Shown here: positions 37,325-45,360 of the stretch, piece after piece
How positions within the stretch are numbered: position 1 is the first letter of the stretch
Layout of the letters: every line of letters begins with the position of its first letter
Source: Christensenellaceae bacterium
GTDB lineage: Bacteria; Bacillota; Clostridia; Christensenellales; CAG-138
Assembly: GCA_963674775.2 (NCBI GenBank)
Contig: CAXXPJ010000003.1
Span: forward strand, 1,585,733-1,649,732
Length of the DNA: 64,000 nucleotides
Direction of reading: 5' to 3'
The notes under the pieces: model-generated
Databases searched by the model: none
Told to the model about the DNA's origin: nothing
Seen by the model: only the letters and a program-made list of their open reading frames with translations
Position numbers and translations under genes: made by a program

Positions 37325-39802
37325 ATGAATTCAAAAAGCGTCTACCATTCGAAGTATATTCGGAGAGCAGCCGCTTTTTTGTTGCTGATTTGCCTGCTGC
37401 TGCCGGCGGTTTTTTCGGCGCGCGCGGATGGGGACGGCACAGCTGAAGAGCTCACCGGTTCCTGTTCCGTCGTCCTGCCGGAGCGCTCCGCCGCGTTTGC
37501 CGCGCGGCTCTCGGACGGGCGTTATAACTCTCGCATCTCCTTTAAAAAAGAAGAGACGCTCGAACTCATGCTGTCTGACGGTGCGAAGGGGCTCTATATC
37601 GCCTGGTACGAAGCGCCGCTTTCGGCGTGGATCGAAGCGCTCGACAGCGCCGGTGACATATTGGAGACTACACACGCCAATGCGGACCTGCTCAACGAAT
37701 ATTTTGCGCTGCCGGACGGGTGCAAGGCCGTGCGCATCGCCGGGGACAAGGCGTTTGCCGTCTCCGAGCTGCGCGTGTATGACGCGGTCATACCGCCGGA
37801 GCAACTCTGCGTCATGGCCGCGCAGCAGCCGCAGCCCGAGGCGATGCTGATCGCCGCGCATACGGCGGACGAAGCCTACGACTTCGGCAGCCTGCTGCCG
37901 TTCTTCTGCGGCGGAGACGCGGCGATTGTTTTCCTGTCTTCCGAGAGCAGACAGGCAAAGCAGCAGGCCATCGAAAACCTGTATGCACTCGGCTCGCGCA
38001 CGCAGCCGGTCTTTGCGGATTTTCCCTATTATCGAACTGAGCTCAACATCAGGGGTATGTACGGACTGGTCGATAAAACCGATCTTTCCAACTGGCTGAT
38101 CGCGCTGCTGCGCCGCTATCAGCCTGCGGTGCTGATCACGCACGCCGCGCTCGGCGAAGGCGGCGACGGTATGCACCTGCTCGCCGCAACGCACGTGCCG
38201 CTTGCCGCCGAACAGGCAGCGGACGAAACGAAGGAATACGTCAGCCAGCGCGCATACGGCGTTTGGCAGGTAGAGGCGGTCTATCAGCATCTCGAAGCGG
38301 GAACGGCCCCGCTGTACGATACCCGCGCGCCGATCTCCGCGTTTGGCGGCAAGAGCGCGCTGGAACTCTCGCAGGAAGCGGTTGACCGCTATACGACATA
38401 TCAGATCTATCGCATGTCCGTTACGGACACGCCCTATTTTGTGCAGACGTTCCCCGCGGACGAAACCGTAACTGAAGCGGAAAGCGCAAAGCGGCTCTAT
38501 GCGCTGCTCTCCTCCCTCTCCGGACCGGAGGCACTGCCGCAAGCAGCCGTTACGCCGCCGCCCTCCGCTACGCCGGAGCCGGAGCCGACAAGCGCGCCCG
38601 TGCTTCCGACAGCACAAACAGAACCGGCTGCAATGACGCCGGAGCGGGAAACACCGTATCTGATTTATTCCATCGGCGCGGGGCTCACCGCGCTCGGCAT
38701 CATCTCAGCAATGCTCTGCCTCTTCCGGATCGGACAGGCGCCGGGCGGAAGGCGGAAAACACTCCGGATTGCGGGCGCGATTGCCGGCGCGCTGCTCGCG
38801 CTGCTCGGCGCGGTGCTGATTTTGCGCGCGGGCGCAACGGCGGAAGAAACGCCCGCCGCAACGCCTTCGCCAACCCCGCAGCCGACGGCAAGTGTTGCCG
38901 CAGCACCGGAGACGGAGGAAACTCCCGCGCCGACGCCGACGGTCGACCCGCTTGCGTCGCATTTCAGACAGGAGGGCGACCCGGAGGAAGTGGTCGTGTT
39001 CGACTATGAAAACGGCGTCTTCGAGTATCACAGCGATACGCTGGGCATCGAGATTCGCCGCGTTGAGCGCACCAGCCCGCCGGTGGTTTACTATATCGCG
39101 CATATCTACGAACGCGAAATCGACTCCTACCGCGCAGGCTTTGGCTCCGCGCGGCAAAACGGCCGCGATACGGCGGACGCCTGCACGATGGCGCGGCGCT
39201 ACCGCGCGGTGCTCGGGCTAACGGGCGACAACCTGCTGCACTCGGACTATAACCGCGGTCTGATGATTCGGGACGGTCGCGTCTTCCGCGCGATGACGCA
39301 GCAATCCGCCATGGCGCTGACGGATGATTTCTCCATGCGCATATATGACGCTAACGACACGGCCATGCTCAACGAGATCGAGGAAGGCACGCGGGATACG
39401 TTTGCCTTCGGCCCGCCGCTGATCGTGGACGGTGTGATTCGCACGGACGTGAACGAGAGCCGCGTGGCGCGCATCAACCCGCGCGCGGGGCTCGGCGTCG
39501 TTGAACCGGGTCACTTTGTCGCAATCATTGTGGATGGGCGCCTCTCGCGCTTCAGCCACGGCGTGCTGCTGACGGACTTTGCGCAAATGTTTTACGACGA
39601 AGGCTGCGTCATGGCATACAACCTCGACGGCGGCGCCTCCGCAACCATGGTGTTCATGGGTGAATACATCAACATCCGCGCGGAGAACCACTATCGCTCC
39701 ATCCCCGACCAGCTGTTCTGGGGCTATTCGGAACTGGTCCCCGGCGAGGACGAACCGAGGATCTATCCCGGCCTCGTGCCGCAGGACTGGGCGGGGTATT
39801 GA
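37325..39802 (+). CDS. Multidomain envelope protein: signal peptide, N-domain, LmbE/PIG-L-like region, TM hairpin, PT linker, NAGPA-type phosphodiester glycosidase
   Basis: 825 aa. Signal peptide LLLICLLLPAVFSARA. AAHTADE motif. Two TM helices at about 38654-38835 flank the basic loop GGRRKTLR. C-terminal ..FGPPLIVDG..NPRAGLGV..AYNLDGGASATMVF. SD AGGAG. Confidence 0.8.
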   Translation: MNSKSVYHSKYIRRAAAFLLLICLLLPAVFSARADGDGTAEELTGSCSVVLPERSAAFAARLSDGRYNSRISFKKEETLELMLSDGAKGLYIAWYEAPLSAWIEALDSAGDILETTHANADLLNEYFALPDGCKAVRIAGDKAFAVSELRVYDAVIPPEQLCVMAAQQPQPEAMLIAAHTADEAYDFGSLLPFFCGGDAAIVFLSSESRQAKQQAIENLYALGSRTQPVFADFPYYRTELNIRGMYGLVDKTDLSNWLIALLRRYQPAVLITHAALGEGGDGMHLLAATHVPLAAEQAADETKEYVSQRAYGVWQVEAVYQHLEAGTAPLYDTRAPISAFGGKSALELSQEAVDRYTTYQIYRMSVTDTPYFVQTFPADETVTEAESAKRLYALLSSLSGPEALPQAAVTPPPSATPEPEPTSAPVLPTAQTEPAAMTPERETPYLIYSIGAGLTALGIISAMLCLFRIGQAPGGRRKTLRIAGAIAGALLALLGAVLILRAGATAEETPAATPSPTPQPTASVAAAPETEETPAPTPTVDPLASHFRQEGDPEEVVVFDYENGVFEYHSDTLGIEIRRVERTSPPVVYYIAHIYEREIDSYRAGFGSARQNGRDTADACTMARRYRAVLGLTGDNLLHSDYNRGLMIRDGRVFRAMTQQSAMALTDDFSMRIYDANDTAMLNEIEEGTRDTFAFGPPLIVDGVIRTDVNESRVARINPRAGLGVVEPGHFVAIIVDGRLSRFSHGVLLTDFAQMFYDEGCVMAYNLDGGASATMVFMGEYINIRAENHYRSIPDQLFWGYSELVPGEDEPRIYPGLVPQDWAGY

Positions 39803-39849
39803 CGCAAGAAAAAGATCCGTTTTGTTCAGGAGAGGAAAGGAAGAAGCGT

Positions 39850-40758
39850 ATGGAACAGACGAGAGCCGGACGGCACGCATACCTGATTGCGGCGCATAAC
39901 AAGCCCGCGCAGCTCATCACGCTCCTGACCCTGCTAAACGATGCGCGCAATGACATATACCTGCATCTGGATGCAAAAGCGACTTGTTTTGCGGAGGACG
40001 CGCTGCGCGCCGCCGCACCGAAGAGCCGTATGTTTTTCGTGGAGCGCAGGGACGCGCGCTGGGGCAGCGAGGTGTTTATCGACGTCATCGTATCCCTGCT
40101 TGCGCGGGCGGCGAGCGAGGAGCATGTTTTTTACCATATGCTCTCCGGCGTTGACCTGCCGCTCAAACCGCAGCGGGAAATCCATGCCTATTTCGACGCG
40201 CACGCGGAAGAAGAGTTTGTCTCGTTTGAACGGGAGACGGCGAAACCCGAAGTCATTGCCGGTAGAATAGGCCTATGGCACTGGACGCGGCCCGTGCACC
40301 CGTTCATACTGAAATTTCACCGGCGGCTCGCGCCGCTGAGCGGAAAGCTGCAGCAGCTGTTCGGCGTGAACCGCGTCAAGAAGAGCGGCGTAACGTTTCA
40401 AAAAGGCGGAGTCTGGTTTTCCATTACGCATGCGTTCGCGCGCTATGCGCTCGAGCAGATGCCGAAATACCGCGCGTTTTACAAGCACTCGTCCTGTGCG
40501 GATGAAATCTGGCTGCAGACGGTGCTCTTCAACTCGCCGTTTATGCAGAGGCGCGCGTTCATGGGCTTTGACGACGAACTGGCCGCAACCATGCGCTATG
40601 TCGACTGGACGGGCGGCGGCGCATCCCCGCGTACGCTGACCAGTGCGGATTTTGACATGCTGCTAGAGAGCGGCCTGCTCTTTGCGCGTAAGTTTGACGA
40701 GGCGGTCGACGCGGACATCATCCGTCGCATCGCGGCGCACGTTGGCGGCGAATCTTAA
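39850..40758 (+). CDS. GT14 'Branch'-family (core-2/I-branching-like beta-1,6-GlcNAc-transferase-like) glycosyltransferase
   Basis: ..HAYLIAAHNKPAQLITLLTLLNDARNDIYLHLDAKA.. is typical of bacterial Branch-domain proteins. SD GGAAAGGAAG upstream of ATG 39850. Confidence 0.75.
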   Translation: MEQTRAGRHAYLIAAHNKPAQLITLLTLLNDARNDIYLHLDAKATCFAEDALRAAAPKSRMFFVERRDARWGSEVFIDVIVSLLARAASEEHVFYHMLSGVDLPLKPQREIHAYFDAHAEEEFVSFERETAKPEVIAGRIGLWHWTRPVHPFILKFHRRLAPLSGKLQQLFGVNRVKKSGVTFQKGGVWFSITHAFARYALEQMPKYRAFYKHSSCADEIWLQTVLFNSPFMQRRAFMGFDDELAATMRYVDWTGGGASPRTLTSADFDMLLESGLLFARKFDEAVDADIIRRIAAHVGGES

Positions 40759-40861
40759 ACGGTTGTAATCGATTTACAGGCAATACCGGGTATAGGTGAA
40801 CAAACAGGCGATTTGGGAGGCAAATGTGTTGCAGATAAAAACCGGAGATAAAAGCAGGCGG

Positions 40862-42307
40862 ATGGAAACGCCACTCACATTTTTTGAGGGAGGCGTTTTC
40901 TCCTGGCGGTTTCTGGCGCTGTTGTCGCTTGCCGCCTGCGTCGCGTTTGAAGCGATTCAGTATCTGATACCGCTCGACGGCGCAACGCCGCTGCTCTATC
41001 TGTTTTATCCGGCTTCGCTGATCGTTTTCGGGCTGCTTGTGCACGAATGTCGCTATGTAGAATACCCGGAGGTCCGCTTCCTGTTTTTCTTCATGCTCTG
41101 GATGTGTGCGACAATCGTGTTGAATCGTTCGCGGGCACACATTGTCGACTCATATGAATGGTTTGCCAGCGTCTGCGTCACGTCGTTTTTGTTTTTTTCG
41201 TTTCCATACGCGGTTCAAAAAGAAGGCGCTACCCGCGTGCTGACCGTTCTGGCGGCAACGACGCTCGCCGCTGTGACGCTGTTGAGCACGGTTGGCCTGA
41301 TCTCCGTTTTCGCGGAAAATGTTGCGGAGCGGATGCCGGCGTTGTTTTCCGGGTTCGGCTTCTACGTCGGCAGACTCACGCTGGACAGCAATCCGAACCG
41401 AAGCGCACCATACTGCGCCGTGGCGGTCGTGCTGGCGGTCTACCTGCTGGTCCGTTTGAAGAAAACGCTGCCCAGAGTGCTCGTTTCCATCGGCGGGGTC
41501 ATCTGCTTTATAACGCTCGCGCTCACGGACAGTCGCACGGCGATTATCGCCGCAAGTCTTGCAGTCGGGTTTGAAACGTTCATCCTCGGCAATGTCTGGC
41601 TGCCGCGCATCACATGGATGAAAAAAGTACGTGCATCTCTGCGCGTTGTCGTATGCGTTGTGATGATGCTCGCTGCCGCCGCGGCGTTCTATATGAGCAC
41701 GGAGTTGGTGAAAACTGCGTATTCCGCCTATTCCGCAAATTACTCCGTAAAAGCGAATGTTCCGGCGGCGGAGGTGGTTGCAGAGGAAGCGCAGCCGCAG
41801 GAGACGGACCATGCGCCTGAGCTGGTGTCGAGGGACGTCACCAATATAGAGAGTGTGAACATCCGGCTGGACATCTGGACCGGTGTGCTCAAGGGGCTTG
41901 CGCAGAATCCCAGAATACTGGCGTTCGGTACGGGCCCCGTGATGGCAAGCAAGGTGATGTCACCATATTTCCCGGAGGGGTCGCCGACTGGAATCTTTCA
42001 TAATTCGCTGCTGGGAATCCTCGTTTCCTTCGGGATCGTTGGGCTGCTGCTCGCGCTGGCGTTCCTGGTCATCGTTGCAGTTGCGGCGGTGCGGTTTGCT
42101 TTTGGCGGGCTGACAAACGCAGAAACGCTCGCCGCGCGGCTGTTGCCGGCGATGCTTCTTTACACGGTGCTCGAGAGCGTGATGGAAGACTTTCTGTTTG
42201 CCAGCTGGAGCTTGAACATCACGTGGATCTGGTTCATGTTCTCTGCTGGGTTCGTGCTGCGCTATCTCAGGAGCGATGCAACCCGCAAGGCGGCAAAAGA
42301 AGCCTGA
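40862..42307 (+). CDS. O-antigen ligase/polymerase-like (Wzy_C) polytopic membrane protein
   Basis: At least 10 TM helices and an ..LTDSRTAIIAASL.. motif with a large external loop. The start is ambiguous (GTG 40796 or ATG 40862). Confidence 0.7.
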   Translation: METPLTFFEGGVFSWRFLALLSLAACVAFEAIQYLIPLDGATPLLYLFYPASLIVFGLLVHECRYVEYPEVRFLFFFMLWMCATIVLNRSRAHIVDSYEWFASVCVTSFLFFSFPYAVQKEGATRVLTVLAATTLAAVTLLSTVGLISVFAENVAERMPALFSGFGFYVGRLTLDSNPNRSAPYCAVAVVLAVYLLVRLKKTLPRVLVSIGGVICFITLALTDSRTAIIAASLAVGFETFILGNVWLPRITWMKKVRASLRVVVCVVMMLAAAAAFYMSTELVKTAYSAYSANYSVKANVPAAEVVAEEAQPQETDHAPELVSRDVTNIESVNIRLDIWTGVLKGLAQNPRILAFGTGPVMASKVMSPYFPEGSPTGIFHNSLLGILVSFGIVGLLLALAFLVIVAVAAVRFAFGGLTNAETLAARLLPAMLLYTVLESVMEDFLFASWSLNITWIWFMFSAGFVLRYLRSDATRKAAKEA

Positions 42308-42391
42308 TCGATCTGTTTTTAATAGTGATATGCGATTTGCAACAAGAAAACCCGCGGCATATGCCGCGGGTTTTGTTTAGTGACGCTATTG

Positions 42392-43687
42392 TTACTGTAC
42401 CCAGTCCGCGTCGTCCATCATGGGGATCACGTCCGTCCCGCAGGTATCGATTATATACTTGCGGGCGTATCCGATCCGCTTGATCTCCTTTGCGTTCAGC
42501 TCCGAAAACGCACGAATCAGAGAGGTGTCCTCGAGCGCGGGCACGACCTGATGGACGTATTTCTTGTCCACAGTGCGGTAGAACTCAAACAGCGGCATGT
42601 AGCTAGCGCTCTGGAGCGAGACGGTTCCGTCGATGTCCTTCACGATCGAAAGCTGCACATACAGCCCGTATTTCAGCGGGTCGATCTCCGTCTTTCCCGC
42701 CATGTTGGAGATGAAGTTGCCCATCGAGTAGACGACGAGACCCGTATAGGGTTGTCCGTCCCGCTCGACGGTTACATATTCGATATCCTGCACCACATGC
42801 GGGTGGGAACCCAGAATCACGTCCGCGCCTGCCTCGAGCAGCATCTTCGCCGTGTCGCGCGAGCGCTGCGTCGCTTTTGTCCGGTGCTCCTTGTCCCAGT
42901 GTGGATAGGCGATGACGAAGTCCGCGCCCGCTTCCTTGCAGGCCGCAACCTCGGCGAGCAGCCGGTCCTGCTGCAGATACATGCGCGTGACGGCGTATTC
43001 GGTCTCTTCGTCGTTCATGTAGCGGTCGCGCTTGTTGATGATCTCCGTCGGCGCGACAAAGCCGATCTTGATGCCGTTTACGTCGATGATCAGCGGCGTG
43101 TCCCGCTCTTCGTTGGAGCGCGCGGTGCCGGTGTGGTAGACGCCCTTATCATCCAGCACGTCCAGCGTGCGCAACAATCCCGGCATGTTCCGGTCGAGCG
43201 CGTGGTTGTTGCCTGTGCTCAAAAAATCGAATCCGAGGTCGATGAGATCGTCCACGATTTCGTCCGGCGCGTTAAAGGTGTCCGCGGGTTCGTCGGCCCG
43301 CTTCTTTTTTGAATAACCCGCCTCTTCGCCGGAGAGGGTGGTTTCCAGGTTACCGCACATCAAATCGACCGAGAGGAACTGCTCTTTTACGCCGACGAAA
43401 CTGCGCGAGAAATCATATTCGCCCGTTTCGTCGACATACGCGCCGCTGATCTGCGGCGGCATGATCATGATGTCGCCGATGGCGCCGACGGTGATCACAA
43501 TCGGCGTGGGTTCCGGCGTCGGGGTCGGGGAAGGCGTAGCCGTCGGCAGCGGCGTAGGCACCTGCGTTGGCGCAGGGGTCTCCTGCGCCGGTTCCGGCGC
43601 TTCCGGAGCGGTCGCGCAGCCGGAAACCGCGAACAGCGCGGCCAGGCAAAGCGCGAGGATAAACAAGAATAGGGGCTTTTTCAGCAT
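42392..43687 (-). CDS. CapA/PGA_cap-family lipoprotein
   Basis: Lipobox LFAVSGC, PT linker, then ..GDIMIM.., STGNNHALD, GSHPHVVQ. SD AGGAGA. Confidence 0.85.
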   Translation of the reverse strand: MLKKPLFLFILALCLAALFAVSGCATAPEAPEPAQETPAPTQVPTPLPTATPSPTPTPEPTPIVITVGAIGDIMIMPPQISGAYVDETGEYDFSRSFVGVKEQFLSVDLMCGNLETTLSGEEAGYSKKKRADEPADTFNAPDEIVDDLIDLGFDFLSTGNNHALDRNMPGLLRTLDVLDDKGVYHTGTARSNEERDTPLIIDVNGIKIGFVAPTEIINKRDRYMNDEETEYAVTRMYLQQDRLLAEVAACKEAGADFVIAYPHWDKEHRTKATQRSRDTAKMLLEAGADVILGSHPHVVQDIEYVTVERDGQPYTGLVVYSMGNFISNMAGKTEIDPLKYGLYVQLSIVKDIDGTVSLQSASYMPLFEFYRTVDKKYVHQVVPALEDTSLIRAFSELNAKEIKRIGYARKYIIDTCGTDVIPMMDDADWVQ

Positions 43688-43730
43688 TGGGTTCTCCTGT
43701 CGGGTTCGTCGGGTCGGGGACTGTCTTCCA

Positions 43731-45227
43731 TCAATCGGAAAGCGGCAGGTTGAACAGCGCCTGCATTTCGCGGTAGAGCGCGTTGTCGCGCCAGTCGTTG
43801 GAGGTTGAGTGCGTGCCGGTGCTGTTGACCACGGCGTTTGGCAGCGCGGCGCGGAGCTCCTCCACCTGCGTGCTGGTGAGGTTGTCGTGTATCACCCAGA
43901 GCCGCTCGAGCTGCGTCATCTGCAGCAGCACGGTATAGTCGGGATATTGCTTTGCGCCGTCCTCCGTTCTGCCGTAGTTGGTGCTGCAGTTCAGGTGCGT
44001 GAGCTTCGGCAGCGAGAGCAGCGGCGTCCAGTCCGCAATATAGTTCTGGAAAATCTCCAGATACTCAAGCTCCGGACAGTATTTTAAGTCCTCAATGCTC
44101 GTGATGCGGTTCATCGCGAGGATTAAAAACCGCAGCTTGGGCAGATATTGCAAAAAGCTCAGGTCGGTGATGCGGCTGCCGTGGCCAACGTCGAGCGCGA
44201 TCAGGTCGGTGCAGTATTTCAGCGGCTCGAGGTCTTCGCTGGTGAAATTCGTCTTTCCGCCGACGAACTCCCCGCCGTCGAAGGTCTTGCGGTTGCCCTT
44301 GGAAAAGGCTTTTACGTCCGTTCGCATCTCCCAGCCGCCAACGTTGATCAGCCATACGAATTTTACGCCCGGAACGGAGGCCGCCAGCGCGGCCATCTCC
44401 TCGTCAGCAGGTCCGCAGTTGCACATGACAAGCTGCGTCAATCCCGGCAGGAGCGCCAGCTTTTGCCGGAGCGCGTCCAGATCAGCTACGGGAATATCGC
44501 TGATGTCCGCTTCCACGTCGCCGCTGGAAACCGTGACGCCGAAGAGGTCCACATCCCAGATAAAGCTCGTTTCCGGCAGCGCCTGCACCAGCGCAAGCAT
44601 CGCTTCGTCGGACAGCGCCTGGCCTGTCAGATCGACGGACTTGAGCGCGGGAAACGCGGCGAGGGACTGGGCGAGCGCAGTAACGTCGCCAATTGCCGCG
44701 CCGGTCAGGTCGAGCGATTCACTCGACGAGGGATATGATTGCCCGAGCACCTCGACACTCCAGAGAAACGAGACGTTCGGCAGCTCCTCTGCGACGGCCT
44801 TTACGGCCGGAGCGTCGGAAAGCGCGGTTGCGTCCACGTACGTAAGATAAGGGAACTGCTTTAATAGGCTCAGCTGCGCCGCGGTCGCATCCGCGGGCAG
44901 GACGATCTCTTCGCTGTCGCTGTCGAAGCGCGCGGATCCGAGCGGAACGCTCCAGAGAATCTCGCAGTTTGGCAGCGCGGCGGAAAGCGCAGCGATTGCC
45001 TCCGGCGAGAGGTCGTTTCCGCGCAGGTCGAGAGAGACGAGTTCCGCCCGGTCATATAGATTGGTCAAGTCCGCGTCGGTCAACCCCGCGTTGTTTTGGT
45101 CGAGCGCGGTCACGCGCGTGGTCGGCTCCGGCGCGGCGGATGCCGCGGGTGTCTCTGCGGCGCAGCCGGACGCGACGAAAAGCGCGGCAAGCAGGATGAC
45201 GATGGACAGAGTTTTTTTTGCGGTCAT
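43731..45227 (-). CDS. Leucine-rich-repeat lipoprotein
   Basis: Lipobox LFVASGC. Repeated L-x-x-L-x-L units (..LVSLDLRGNDL.., ..LKSVDLTGQAL.., ..LTHLNCSTN..). ATG 45227 has SD GAGGAG. Confidence 0.8.
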   Translation of the reverse strand: MTAKKTLSIVILLAALFVASGCAAETPAASAAPEPTTRVTALDQNNAGLTDADLTNLYDRAELVSLDLRGNDLSPEAIAALSAALPNCEILWSVPLGSARFDSDSEEIVLPADATAAQLSLLKQFPYLTYVDATALSDAPAVKAVAEELPNVSFLWSVEVLGQSYPSSSESLDLTGAAIGDVTALAQSLAAFPALKSVDLTGQALSDEAMLALVQALPETSFIWDVDLFGVTVSSGDVEADISDIPVADLDALRQKLALLPGLTQLVMCNCGPADEEMAALAASVPGVKFVWLINVGGWEMRTDVKAFSKGNRKTFDGGEFVGGKTNFTSEDLEPLKYCTDLIALDVGHGSRITDLSFLQYLPKLRFLILAMNRITSIEDLKYCPELEYLEIFQNYIADWTPLLSLPKLTHLNCSTNYGRTEDGAKQYPDYTVLLQMTQLERLWVIHDNLTSTQVEELRAALPNAVVNSTGTHSTSNDWRDNALYREMQALFNLPLSD

Positions 45228-45324
45228 GGATAGCTCCTCGCTGCCCGGCCTTCCGCCGGATGCGGCGGCCGAACGGGCGGACTTATATAAATTATAGTAA
45301 AATCGCGGAATGATTACAATCATT

Positions 45325-45354
45325 TTGACTTATAAGGGCCTGAATGTGTATACT
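45325..45354 (+). promoter_or_regulatory. Promoter TTGACT-18-TATACT, with the -10 ending 6 nt before ATG 45361
   Basis: TTGACT 45325-45330, TATACT 45349-45354, ATG 45361. No SD. Confidence 0.5.
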
Positions 45355-45360
45355 GATAAC

